A stretch of DNA of 64,000 nucleotides from Octopus bimaculoides. Lineage: Eukaryota. Of the stretch, positions 24,705-38,220 are shown in pieces; the first letter of the stretch is position 1; each line of letters opens with the position of its first letter. Position numbers and translations under genes: made by a program. A model generated the notes under the pieces. It did not search any database and had not been told where the DNA came from. It was given only the letters and a program-made list of their open reading frames with translations. The stretch spans positions 7,388,900-7,452,899 of the forward strand of contig NC_068996.1 of assembly GCF_001194135.2 (NCBI RefSeq), read 5' to 3'.

Positions 24705-25105
24705 TACTCTTCTACTTGTTTCAGTCATTTGACTGTGGCCATGCTGGAGCACCGCCTTTAGTCGAGCAAATCGCCCCCAGGACTTATTCTTTGGAAGCCT
24801 AGTACTGATTCTATCGGTCTCTTTTTGCCGAACCGCTAAGTTACGGGGACGTAAACACACCAGCATCGGTTGTCAAGCGATGTTGGGGGGACAAACACAG
24901 ACACGCAAACATATACACACATATATATATATACATATGCATATATACGATGGAATTCTTTCAGTTTCCGTCTACCAGATCCATTCACAAGGCTTTGGTC
25001 AGCCCGAGGCTATAGTAAAAGACACATGCCCAAGCTGCCACACAGCAGGACTTAACCTGGAACCATGTTCTTAGGAAGGAGACTTCTTACTACACAGTCG
25101 TGCTT
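24705..25105 (-). mobile_element. SINE family A
   Basis: Reverse-complement match with a diverged head. Confidence 0.9.
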
Positions 25106-26169
25106 TTACCAGATATGGTAACAGAAAATCTAAAAGATTCAAATTCTTTGATTGTTTCTCCTGCATTTTCTTCTTCTTTTGACCAGAATCATACATAAAG
25201 ATTCTTTCTCTCATCATTGTGGGAATAATTTTACTTGTAACGTCTTGGTTTACAACTTTAATGTGTTAACATCCACATCACTATACATGAATACATGTGT
25301 CTTACCAAATTGTCATCATGGTTATCCTTTATCTTTTACTTGTTTCAGTCATTAGGGCACCTTGAAGAATTTTAGTTGAATGAATCAACTTCAATACTTC
25401 TTTTTTCGTTTTGAAGCTAGGTACTTTTTCTACCAGCCTCTTTTGCCAAACCACTAAGTTATGGGGATGTAAACACATCGACCCAGGTTGTCAAGTAGTA
25501 TTGAGGGACAGCCACACACACACACACACTATCATTATCATCATCATCTTCATTTAACATACCTATCCTCATACTGGCATGGTTTGGATGGTTTGACAAG
25601 AACAGATAAGCTAGAGGGCCCTGCCATGTTCGACTCCTGTTTTGGCATCGTTTCTACGGCTGGATGCCCTTCCTAAAGCCAACCACTTAACAGAATGTAG
25701 GTGCTTTTTATGTGGTACCACCACTGGTAAAGTTGCCAACGGAGCAGCATATAGACCGGAGGACTGAGAAACTATGGTAGGGGGAGATGAGCAGGTGTTT
25801 GCTGACAATGTGAATACATGGTTTTCTCACCTGTAAAGTGAGGGAGAGAAAGGAAGAGGCTTTGGTTAGCCCAAGGCTATAATAGAAGAAAATTGCCCAA
25901 GGTGCCACACAACAGGACTTAACCTGGAACCATGTTCTTAGGAAGGAGACTTCTTACTCACAGTCATGCTTTTAATAAAAACGCATCCACATTGTAAAGA
26001 AAGCATGCAGACTTCCAACTTTTATACTCTTAATGGTTTTAGTCATTGAACTGTATCAATTCTGTGCACTGTCTTCAAGTGTTCTGGATATTTTTTATAA
26101 ACTCTCCACTCCAGTATCTTTGCCTGATAATAATTTTGTCATTCCCTATTTAGTGAGTGGTTGAATCCA

Positions 26170-26530
26170 CAAGCTAAATGAAATTGTAGTTGTGGCTAGT
26201 GCTAGTGACACATGAAGAAATGGCTCATGGAGAAGTGCCTGTGCTGGTGGCACGTGAAGAAGTACCCGTGCTAGTGTACATGAAGAGGCATCAGTGCTGG
26301 TGACACATGAAAAGCACCCGTGTTAGTGACACATGAAGAGACACCTGTGCTGGTGACAAGCAAAAGGCACCCAGTACTCTCTATAGAGTAGTTGGTATTA
26401 GGAGGGGCATCCAGCGGTAGAAACTAAACCAAAACAGACTGGAGTCCAATGCAGCTCGCTGGTTTACCAGTTCCAGTCAAACTGTCTTACCCATGCTAGC
26501 ATGGAAAATGGATGCTAAATGATGATGATA
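26170..26530 (+). mobile_element. SINE family B with an expanded internal array of roughly 26-bp units
   Basis: About 6-7 degenerate copies of gtgctggtgacacatgaaaaggcacc precede the standard tail. Confidence 0.8.
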
Positions 26531-26632
26531 ATGAAATTGACATACTTTACAAAGAAGACAAAATTTGTGCATGAGAAATTTTCTGTACTTGTCCACAGCA
26601 CAAAATTAGTGGGAAGTTGTATATGCAAACAC

Positions 26633-26666
<34 letters not shown>

Positions 26667-26814
26667 TAAACATAATACATCAATGTATTATGTATATATG
26701 AAATTTAATACTGTATTAAGCACTCCTCTCTCATGTAATATACCCATATGAGGGATTCTCTTGCCATGAACAACAAATAAAGGTCAGTAAAATAAAATGG
26801 TAATCATATTCTAT

Positions 26815-27000
26815 GGAAATGCATGTGTCCCTTGAGGCCTGCTCATGCCTTGCAAACCTTTTGTCAAATGGAACAAGTTGAGGACTCAGTTTGCTTGAGT
26901 GCTTTTGGATCATTCACTATGTGTTTTCTTGAGTGGATGGCAAGGCCTACCTTGTCCCACACCACAAAACCACAATGACATGCAAGGTCTTCATTTAGAG
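26815..27000 (-). mobile_element. Possible RTE/RTEX-type C-terminal zinc-finger remnant
   Basis: CHCGFVVWDKVGLAIHSRKH followed by TCSI*QKVCKA*AGLKGHMHFH. Confidence 0.5.
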
Positions 27001-27349
27001 GAATGGTATTTTGCCAGCATGCCCTATGCTCACACAAAATTGGTCTCGATGCTGGCAGTTTGACAAGAGCTGGTATGGCCAAGAGTCATACCAGAATCCA
27101 TTGTCAGTTATGGCATGGTTTCTACAGCTAGATGCCCTTTCTAATGCCAACCACTTGACTGAGTGTACTGGATGCTTTTCATGTGGCACCAGCACCAAAA
27201 GAGTCACCAGGTAACTTGCAAGTCAAAAACCTCCTTCAGCTGGAAGAAGGGAGTAATAGTGAGGTGGGTGGGGGTGCTTTGTACCAGTTGATGAGAGATT
27301 AGAGACAGAAAGGGACAGACATAGGTGTGTGTGTGTGTGTCTGTAAAAA

Positions 27350-27830
27350 AACACAAGAATGGAGAAAATCACATCTTTAATTGGTAATTCCACCATACAA
27401 TACCAACAATCATTTCCATTGTGTCAACTTATTTAGATACAGAAAATATCAGTCAAAATAATATATCTGAAAATATATGTTATCAAGGCAGTCCAAAAGT
27501 GGTGATAGAGCTCACCCATAGTCATATTGTACAAATGTTCTCTTTTGTATATAGATGTTAACATCTCTACTCTTGTCTAAATATTATCAACCACCAATAA
27601 ATTTGGCGTCTTTCTTTCTATCCATTGAATTGATCAATTGCGTCAGTGTCCAACCTTGATATAAATGTTTCAACAATAAATATACTATCTATTCATTTAA
27701 CCGAACTACCAATATTAAATTCATAGTGCAAATGAATGAGCTTTCTTAATTGTCCTCTTTGCCCTCTTGGATACTTGCTGTGGTCTTGTAGACCACGTCT
27801 TCATTTGACGATACCTTTCTTCAATCCCAA
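27350..27830 (-). mobile_element. Possible decayed Penelope GIY-YIG region and terminus
   Basis: NEDVVYKTTASIQEGK and TQLINSMDRKK loosely resemble PLE GIY-YIG segments. Heavily decayed. Confidence 0.3.
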
Positions 27831-28136
27831 CTCTTGGCTTGTTACTTACTGCTCAATGATTAATAACAACAAAAAGAAATTTGCTTTCATGAGGGGACAT
27901 TCAACATTGGAAGCAGCCAGTGATGTGCTTGTGTGAATATTGTTTGGTATTTTACCCCCAATGTTTTTCATTGTTGTATTTAATCCAATAGAAGAGAAAG
28001 TATACCTAATTAAATAAAAAAATGAAAAATCAACAGGAGATAAAAAATTATTCATAGGCCAGAGTATGTGTGTGTGTGTGTGTATGGACATGTTTGGGTA
28101 TGTGAGTGTGTATGTGTATATATATATATATATATA

Positions 28137-28565
28137 TCTTTTTACTCATTTACTTGTTGACTGTGGCCATGCTGGAGCACCGCCTTTAGTCGAGCAAATT
28201 GACNNNNNNNNNNCACCGCCTTTAGTCGAGCAAATTGACCCCAGGACTTATTCTTTGTAAGCCTAGCACTTATTCTATCGCTCTCTTTTGCCGAACCGCT
28301 AAGTTATGGGGACGTAAACACATCAGCATCGGCTGTCAAGCGACGTTGGGGGTACAAACACAGGCACACAAACACACACACAAATATACATATACATATA
28401 TATACAATAGGCTTCTTTCAGTTTCCATCTACCAAATCCACTCACAAGGCTTTGGTCAGCCCAAGGCTATAGTGACGCTTGCCCAAGGTGCCACACAGTG
28501 GGGCTGAACCCAAAACCATGTGGTTGGTAAGCAAGCTACTTACCACACAGCCACTCCTGCACCTA
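28137..28565 (-). mobile_element. SINE family A, full-length (10-N gap)
   Basis: Reverse-complement match to family A. Confidence 0.9.
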
Positions 28566-29403
28566 GATAGATATATTACACTCACACTTAACATTTATTC
28601 ATTTTGAAGCTAAAACTTCACAAATTATGTCTACTTGTTTCATATTTTCAATCCCCAGGTAAGAGATAAATTGAACAACACTGCCACTTTATATAATAAA
28701 ACTGACTAAGAATATTATAAAAGATTCAAATACTTAAGCATCCCATTGGACAGAAAAAAAAACTGAACAGCTTTTTTGAAAAAGTAGGAGAGAAGAAAGA
28801 TAAATTCACAAGCATGATTGAATGAAATGAATTATATGATGAAAAATATATATAAATCTAGATAGATATATGAGGAATACTGTGAATGTTATGGCGACAT
28901 AAATCACAGATAGAAAGTATGAAACTGTAATATTCAGTAAAGCTAGATAAAAAATATTTTGATAGAACATGCCACATTTTACTTTATTATCATCATCATC
29001 ATCATCATCATCATTATCCTCTTTTGAAGTAATTTAAGCTTATGAAAGGTAGATGAACGCAAAACAGATTATAGAGTAGCGTTTATTTATTAAAATTATA
29101 AGTGTTATAAATATGTAAAATTTTTACCTATATAGAATCAAATCTTATTAAAATTGGTGCAAACATGCAAAAATACATAGAACGGTATATCTCTAATTTA
29201 TGGAGATGTTGCTCATAATTTGTCTGTATTTCTGAGCCATATAGAGAAGTGTAATCACTACTTTTCTTATGTATCTTTTATTTGTTACTCAAATTATGAT
29301 CATATAAACATCTCTGATGACTGTCAGATGCACTGGCATATTTTATCCAGTGTTGGACTTCCTCATCAATGTCTACTTCCTATGATAAGTGATGAACTTG
29401 ATG

Positions 29404-29448
<45 letters not shown>

Positions 29449-30202
29449 TATCCCACCATCTATCCATGTACCAGTATGACAAATTCCTACTTTATGAGTG
29501 TTTGTTCATGCATGACTTTATGTTCTCTGCCAGTGAAAATGTTAATTGCCCATAATGCCTCATAATTGAAGGTTCGTTAATCAAAGGATCATCTGCTTAC
29601 TGATTCAGTTAAGAGTGACTTGAGGAAACATGTTGGGCAAATGTTAACATGTCTTGCTGTTTGTGCCAACAGTAGCAAGGTCCAAAGTCTGGAGGAATTT
29701 GAGGAAATGAGTCATTTACCAACTATGACAGTAAGATTTTCCTTCTACTAATCTTTTTAGACTCTTTACCATTGAGCCAAAATATCTGACAGGCATCTCC
29801 AAGATTTCTTCTGTCTCCAAGTTTCTTTGCAATCACCTTATGGCAAGGGATTAAAAGTTGTGACACCTCAGAGCTTCTAATGATGGAATGACACAGTTAT
29901 TGGATGAAAAAAAACTTGTGGTTTATATCTTGGAAGATTTGGACTCTTGACAGGTCAAAATACCTTTGGTTAACAACACTGGGTAGTACTCATTTCTAAG
30001 TAAACGGTGAGCATCATTTTTGACATTGCAGCCCTTAGGAAAATAAGGACTAGCCGATGAATAACAGCTGAAAAAGCATGGTCTTGGATATACTTTTAGA
30101 AAGTCATCAGGTTATTGGAGCTTACATAGAGTAGACCTGTAAGCCTGCAACAACCGAGTGAACAGAATACATGAACTACCCACTTGCATTAATGAAAGAA
30201 GG

Positions 30203-30253
<51 letters not shown>

Positions 30254-30569
30254 ATGCATGCGTGCGCACACACACACACCAATGTTGAGTCTTACTAATT
30301 TTGGCTGAAGATTGTTGTGGCATGAAATTCAAATCATGAGACAAACTCTTAGTTTCAGTTGTAATGAAAACTATATGTATAAATACATGTATACACTCAC
30401 AGACTTAAATTGATGTATATGTGCATGAATGTGTGCTTGTTGTATATGTATGTATGTATTTTTATATACATCTAAGTGCACATATACATATGTATAAGAT
30501 TGAATAATATATATTTCTTCATGGCTGAGTTACCAATTTTTTTTTCTACATTTTTATAGCTTTTTTGTT

Positions 30570-30760
30570 TGTGATAGGCTGCTCTGAATACTCATTCTCT
30601 TGAAGTGACATTTAGCCAGTCTTGAAATGCTCATGCCATTCCAAAACCTATGTTCAAACCAAAATGGTTTTATCAAAAGCTTGACAAAGCATTTCATGGA
30701 TTTGAGTTGTAGTTTGGCTAAACTTTTCATGAAGACGTTGGTGTAGTTGTCTGAGACAAG
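30570..30760 (-). mobile_element. Mariner transposase N-terminal HTH fragment
   Basis: EKFSQTTTQIHEMLCQAFDKTILV*T*VLEWHEHFKTG*MSLQENEYSEQP resembles KSATETHEML.QAFG....RT.VFEW...FK.GR.S..D..RSGRP. Confidence 0.75.
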
Positions 30761-31542
30761 AATTACAAAGCTGTCCTGATACAGAAATACAAAACATTGA
30801 ATCACAATCATATGTGTTGATAATGTGAAGCATATTTATAAACCAAATCAGTAAGGTGGCTACCATTGACTGTTAGCTTCACATTTCCAATAACACTTCT
30901 ATACACATACATATGCACACACAAGTTAATATAATAGGTTTGTTATTCTTCCATTAATGCACAGTTTCACCAGTTTTTTTTTTTAAATGTCATTTGCTTG
31001 TGTACATCATCTTCAAAAATGGTGAACTAATCAATAAGGGACATAACTTCTGTTTTTTTTTTATTATAAAGTGATAGATTGCACAGGTTACCTTTTCTGT
31101 GATTTCTGCTTACATGGTGAAAGGTTCACCCATTTTTTAAAAAAATGACCTCCAAATGTCATTTGAATAATCCACAGTGGTGAAACTGATGTAATGAAAG
31201 CACAACTAATCTATTACAACGTTATTAACTCAGAAAAATCCACCATGTTAAACAATTGGGTCCTCTCACTCCATTTTCTCTTTCTGTTATCACACACACT
31301 AATAAACATTAGTGTGTTGTTTATACAAGTAAACCTACATATATTTAAACAATAAAGCTACTATTAGGGAGTGAAGTTAGCTCATTAACTAAATATTTAC
31401 AAAAAAAATGAAAAAAAAGAATAATTAAAAGTTTATCTCCAAACAGCTTAATTAGAAAAACGTTTACCACAGCTTGTTAGATGTTGCTGCCTCAGATAAA
31501 TTGTTCAGATTTCTTCATTATTTTTGGTACTTTTCCTTTTAG

Positions 31543-31590
31543 AATAAAAACTTAAAAGAGGAACCTGACAAAAGTAATTCTGCTACAGCG
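31543..31590 (+). CDS. Small internal coding exon, probably the same host gene
   Basis: Acceptor ttttccttttag|, donor CAGCG|gtaaga. 48 nt, phase 0 to 0: NKNLKEEPDKSNSATA. Phase and composition are compatible with the 6631-6770 exon. Confidence 0.6.
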
Positions 31591-31794
31591 GTAAGATTTA
31601 TATGTTATTCTTGCTGTCAGCATTCCTTTTTATTTATTTATATTTTTTTTTGGCTTGACTTTGTTTTTGTTTATTTTTTTTTTTGTCTTTTAATTAGGTC
31701 TGGTTCTTATTGTTATTGATTTCCATATTGTTTTTTCTTTTATGCTTCATCATTAAGTTGTTTTTGTACCTTTCTTTCTGGCCATTAATTTTGC

Positions 31795-31872
<78 letters not shown>

Positions 31873-32329
31873 TTATTTGTGTGTGTATTATCTTTCGTGT
31901 GTGTGTGTGTGTGCGTGCATGTCCATCTATCTGACAGAACCAAATGGTTAAGAAACTTGATTCACCACCATAAGATCCTGGATTTCATATTATATGCAAG
32001 TAAGTGTTCTTTACATTAGCTTTCAATTGACTGAAACCTTTTTCAGTAAAATTGCATTGAGTAAAAATTCATTGGTGGGTTTGTACCAGTAATTTAAAAA
32101 TTCAACTGTTACTCATCTTCCCGAAGATTACATGAATTGCACAAGTTTATGTGGGATGCTCAGCCACATGCATTTTAATGAAATGAGCAGGTAGTCCCAT
32201 TGAAACTAAACTGAATAAGTATAGGAATTGACAAAATGTACAGAGTTGATGTGATGAGCTAAATGCTCTGAATGTTGCCCCAACATGAGACTTGTCCAAT
32301 GAATGAAACAAGTATGGGTTTATGTATAT

Positions 32330-33260
32330 GTTGGTATGCATGTGTGTTTGTGTATATATGTATGTGTGTGTGTATATATGCATGTGTGTATATGTATGTA
32401 TGTGTATATATGTGTATGTATGTGTGTATGTATGTATGTATGCATGTGTATGTATATGTGTGTATATATGTATATGCATGTATATGTATTTGTATATATG
32501 AATGTCTATATGTATATGTGTATGTATATGTGTGTGTATATATGTGTGTTTATATATATATGTATGTGTGTGTATATATATGTATATATATATATGTATG
32601 TGTATATATATGCATGTATATATGTATGTATATATATATGTGTATATATATATGTGTATATATATGTGTGTATATATATATGTATATATATATATATGTG
32701 TGCATATATATGTGTATANNNNNNNNNNNNNNNNNNNNNNNNNNNNNNNNNNNNNNNNNNNNNNNNNNNNNNNNNNNNNNNNNNNNNNNNNNNNNNNNNN
32801 NNNNNNNNNNNNNNNNNNNNNNNNNNNNNNNNNNNNNNNNNNNNNNNNNNNNNNNNNNNNNNNNNNNNNNNNNNNNNNNNNTATATATATGTGTGTGTGT
32901 GTATGTATATATATATATATATGTGTATGTATATATATATGTATATATATATGTATATATATATGTGTGTGTATATATGTGTGTATATATATATATAGGT
33001 ATGTGTATGTATATATATATATGTGTATGTATATATATATGTATATATATATATGTATATATATATGTGTGTGTATATATGTGTGTATATATATATATAG
33101 GTATGTGTATATATATATATGTGTGTGTATATATGTGTGTATATATATATATAGGTATGTGTATATATATATATATATGTGTATGTATATATATGTGTGT
33201 GTGTGTGTATATGCATGTATATATGCATTTGTGTGTATTTATGTGTGTGTGTGTGTATTG
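32330..33260. repeat. Compound (TA)/(TG) microsatellite
   Basis: Direct reading, with a gap at 32719-32881. Similar tracts at 14490-14750, 34650-34760, 40040-40250, 42210-42600, 43930-44640 and flanking the 33479-33667 and 61647-62258 gaps. Confidence 0.95.
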
Positions 33261-35782
33261 TTGACAAATGAATTCATAAACTTCTGAGAGAACATGAAAT
33301 AATGTATTTTTGGAGCAGTGGATCTCAAAGCACTTAAAACTACAGATAACAGCTTGAAAATATTGAGCAGCTGTTGAAGTTTCTATTCAAAATGTTTTTT
33401 GAACCCAATATTTTACTTGCTATTATTTATAGCTTCATGTACTTTCAGATCCACTGTTTGCTTTATATATATATATATNNNNNNNNNNNNNNNNNNNNNN
33501 NNNNNNNNNNNNNNNNNNNNNNNNNNNNNNNNNNNNNNNNNNNNNNNNNNNNNNNNNNNNNNNNNNNNNNNNNNNNNNNNNNNNNNNNNNNNNNNNNNNN
33601 NNNNNNNNNNNNNNNNNNNNNNNNNNNNNNNNNNNNNNNNNNNNNNNNNNNNNNNNNNNNNNNNNNNTATATATATGGTTCTATGTCTAAATAATGCAAA
33701 GCTTCTTTCAAATTGTTATATTAAATAAATACATATCTTTTTGTTACATATATTCTTTGTAAGGCTTTTTTATATTTCACTTTCTTTTTCTCAGTACAGT
33801 TAGTTTAGAATAATCTTGTTTAATTTGTTAATCTGTTAACACTTCATGTAAAATATAAATTCAGGTTGCTCATAGGGATGCATTACACATAAGATATAAT
33901 GCAAAATCTGCTAGAATTTACCTTTGATATTTTATCGGACATAAGAATATTCCTGTGGTTCTTTGCAACATAACAGCAAATTGTATGAACAATACGCTGT
34001 ATCATTATTTCATAAAAAGTATAAGATGCAACAGGTTTTGAAATGTTAAAAGACTCATGGATTTTGTCTTACTAACAAGGCATAAAAGAATAATAACAAA
34101 ATATGAAAAATCCTTTAAGATCAAACTTGAACATAATTATCTTTAACATATGTATGTATGTTTGTATGCATGTATATGTGTACATATGTCGTGTGTGTAT
34201 GTTGTATATGTTGTAGTAGATGTGCAGAAGCAGTGTTGCAAATAAGCAACCATTTAGATCAGTTCAAACATATCTGGAACATATTTGACTTATACAAAGG
34301 CCATATTCACTGTGTTTTGCCATTGAGAAGAATTCTCACTTTAGGGTGTGGATGTTGAAAAACATCAACAATGACTTAACCAGTTTGTAATGGTGATTCA
34401 TTCGGTTGCCTGCGTGCAGCAACAGTGATCACAATTTAAAGTATGTACATTGCGTGCGTAAATTTACATTTTTAACCCTTTTAAAACGGTTAAAGATGCC
34501 CTCTGGCAGAATTGGTAAATGCATTTCTAGATTCTTGACTGTTATCAGCACTGCGTACCACAAGAGAGACAACCCTGAAATGGCTCTGAAAACATTTACT
34601 TCCTTGTAAAAGAATCAGTATCAAAACATGAATAAAATATTGCTATATTTATATATATGTACATATATGTGAATACATATATATACATACATATAACTAT
34701 ATATATACATGTACACTTATGTGTATGTCTACACATGTACATATGTGTATACATGTGTGTTCACATCCTCACACACTTCACCAACTGTAAATATTTTTTT
34801 TTACTTCACCCCTCTCTTCATCAATGGAATGGTAAAACAGTTTTCACACACATAATTCTGCTTTTCTGTCATAGTGTCATTCTGGCTTTAAAGATTTTAA
34901 GTCATCGCTAAAAGCCAATGCTGAAACTATTTAAGTCTTCAAATCTAAATAGTTTTTTAATGTGAAATTATAAATGTAATGATTTATCATTCATCTCAGT
35001 AGATGTGTCTTTAGAGATGCTTATAAACTTACTTCTGACTAAAAACATTCCCTACCACCTGATATGTTTCTTAGTCTTCAATTACAATTTCATTCACATC
35101 CAAAATACATTATAGCAGCTTTCTCATAAGAAATGAGAATGACCCTGGCATTGTAGACATTGAAACTGGGCAGACAAATCACCATGTTTCAAAAAAAATT
35201 AACATTTAAATAGCGGTGCCCCTGCATGGCCACAGCTCATAAGCTGAAACTAGATCAAGTTTGAAACATTTAAAACTTTCTTGCTCAACACCATGCTGAT
35301 GAAGAGATTTTTGGTGTGCTCAAGATGTTTTTCAAGAATGTGAATATGATCAAACCTTTTTGCCTCAAATGACTAGAACCATTTAATTGATCTGCTTCTG
35401 CTGCTTTATTGGTGTCTTTTCTCCTTTCTCTAGAAATCTTAATTATCATTTTGATATAATTTACCTCTTGTCAATTCATAAATTTACTCTTTTTTATAGT
35501 TTAAACTTCTTGAAAACAATTCAATTTTTGTACTGTTTATAGCTTCATCTCAGTGACAGATATATTTAAGGCTGTAAAATATATTGCCTGTAAAAGAGGG
35601 GATTAGCAGGAAAATTTAACCATGGGAATGATAATATTCTTAATTTAAATTGGAAGTTGCAGCTGAAATTCAAACTGAAATATTTTATTTTCATTCTTTA
35701 GATTTTAACTTCTATGAAGAAAACTGTGTCAAACTTCTTATATTTACTCCCTATAAAATAAAAACAAGGTTTATAAGGTTGT

Positions 35783-36113
35783 CATCATCATCATCGTTTA
35801 ACGTCCGCTTTCCATACTAGCAAGGGTTGGACGATTTGACTGAGGACTGGCGAACCAGATAGCTACACCAGGTTCCAATCTGATCTAGCAGAGTTTCTAC
35901 AACTGGATGCCCTTCCTAACACCAACCACTCCGAAAGTGTAGTGGGTGTTTTTACATGCCACTGGCACAAGGGCCAGTCAGTTGGTACTGGCAACGGCCA
36001 CGCTCAAAATGGTGTTTTTTATGTGCCACCTGCACAGGAGCTAGTCCAGCGGCACTGGCAACGACCTCGCTCGAATGATTTTCTAACATGCCACTGGCAC
36101 AAGTGCCAGTAAG
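35783..36113 (-). mobile_element. SINE family B (RTE-X-like tail ending in (GAT)n), best-preserved copy
   Basis: On the minus strand: ...ttaggaagggcatccagttgtagaaac...aacccttgctagtatggaaagcggacgttaaacgatgatgatg. Internal repeats of tggcac.t(a/g)aaaa.cac. Confidence 0.85.
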
Positions 36114-36914
36114 GCAGTCTTTCAAAATTTAAAAATGTATACCTAACTTCTCATGTTTTGGCAACTGTAGCTGAGCTGATATTTAGGCATACAGAAAGAG
36201 TTCATCAAGTGAGATGAAAGAATGGCAACACAATTTACTATGAGTAGTAACAGTCAAATAGAGCATCCTGTCAGTTCAGAAATAAGAAGGAATTAAAATG
36301 GTGAGGTCTACCTTCCCCTGCTAAACAATGGATTTGAAATCTGTAACCATAAAGCTTTGAGAAAAATCCAGCACTGTTCACTCAGAAAATCCCATCCACA
36401 ACACTCATGTCTTCTTTAAAGTTTTTCCAGCAAACCACTCTTCACCAAAATACACAAAATTTATCTTTCTCAGTATAATCCATTGGATAAGATCTCAACT
36501 AGACATGAACATGAAAGGGTGCATTAAGAATAAGAAAAGAGCTCTTCAAACTTAATGACATTACTAACAAGCCGCCTAAGAGAAAGTCTTCTCTTTAATC
36601 TTTTCCCTACTTTATTTCCATTTGAAGTCACCCAGAAGACATATCATTTAAAGTCAAATTCCAACTTCAGCTGCAGTGTGTTCAACCTTATACCTTGTTT
36701 TGTACTTTTCTAGATTCAGTTTAGAGTATTTTCACTCCTGCACCTGCATATTTTTGGAATGTTATCATTGTTAAAATTCCACATTTAAAAGTCATAACTT
36801 AGATAAATTAGTACACAATTTCAAATACCATGGGATATAGAAAATATTTTGTTTCATTTTAAAATTTGATATTTTAAGGACATTCTGAAGTTTATTCTAT
36901 AAGCATACTGGCTC

Positions 36915-37285
36915 TAGCATGGCTGTGTGGTAAAGAAGCTCAGTTTGTGACTATGTGGTTTCAGATTCAGTTCCACTGCGACACCTTGGGCAAGTGTCTT
37001 CTACTATAACCCAAAGCCAACAAATGCTCTGAGTGAATTTTGTAAATAGAAATTATCTGGAAGCCCTTTGAATATAAGTCTGTTTGCCTCTCCTCCCCAG
37101 ATTTAGAACTGGTGTTAGTTTGTTTATGTACACACCCTTAACTTAACAGTTTGGTAAAAAGGTAGAAAAGGATCATTAAAATAAGCACCAGACTTACAAA
37201 GAAAAATAAGTACTGGGGTTGATTTGTTCAACTAAAACTCCAGCATGGCCACGGTACAGTGACTGAAACAAATAGAAAATAAAGA
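36915..37285 (+). mobile_element. SINE family A, diverged
   Basis: Head gcatggctgtgtggtaaagaagct, ccttgggcaagtgtc block and tail present. Confidence 0.8.
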
Positions 37286-38142
37286 AATTGGACTGTTACT
37301 ATAAATACATTTTAAATTTTATAAAAATTAAAAGTCTGACTTATAGAGCATAATACCTGAATATTTTAAATTTATAAACAAATTTAAACATAAAATCATG
37401 ATAGAGTAGATCAATTTTTTTCTCTTTAATGGTATTTGAAAGTATGTATTTTTGGCAATATAATTATTTAAATGGGGAATTTTATTAACACCACCATTTC
37501 GCTACACTTACTATGTTTACTATACATTTTTGTGTGAAATATATTTGTCTCCTTGTATTTTTGCCAAAACACTTTCAGTGAACATAATTTGATAACAATA
37601 TATACAATATTTAAATGTGAAGCAATGAAAGAATGAATTTATTTTCTATGCTGTTTGAAACTCCAGCCTAACTTTTATAAGATATAATTTGAAAACAGAG
37701 AGAATTTTAATAACCTCTTTAAATCTCAAACAGTTCCTGCACAATATTCATGGTCTATCCTCATTCCAATAACTCAAACCATTTGCTTGATATGTCTGTG
37801 CTGTCGCTTGCCAGAGATGATGACTCTTGGAAGTTGATGGAACAATACGTATACAGTCTCATGCTTTTCATGCAGAAATGAGAAATCTCTTTGGTATAAT
37901 TTTCTGTATCTGTTCACCATGACAGATACATTCTGTATCAAGCACACCAAGATTTAAAAGCTTCACATCTAAAGTTTAACTCTTGATATGTACAGTCAAA
38001 CACTAGACCTCATTGACAATACTGTACAGTTTGTGGCCAGCAAGCATTTTGAATGGTGTGAACTGCTAGCTCCAATATGAACTCAGCTGCAACTTTCATT
38101 CAAGGGGTTCTTTAGGCAAATAGCTATGACATTCAACAACTG

Positions 38143-38220
38143 CAATGGTATATCAATCAAAATTAATTATAGGAAAGAATACAATGGTATATCAATCAAA
38201 GTTAATTATTGGAAAGAATA
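38143..38220. repeat. 39-bp tandem duplication
   Basis: caatggtatatcaatcaaa(a/g)ttaattat(a/t)ggaaagaata x2, with 2 mismatches, inside the hAT relic. Confidence 0.95.

Noticed and set aside
32147-33287. Cluster of Y/I/V/C/M/H/T-rich ORFs (similar ones at 40688-41763, 42173-42742, 43908-44407, 61530-62432)
   Set aside because: These are translations of dinucleotide repeats and N gaps.
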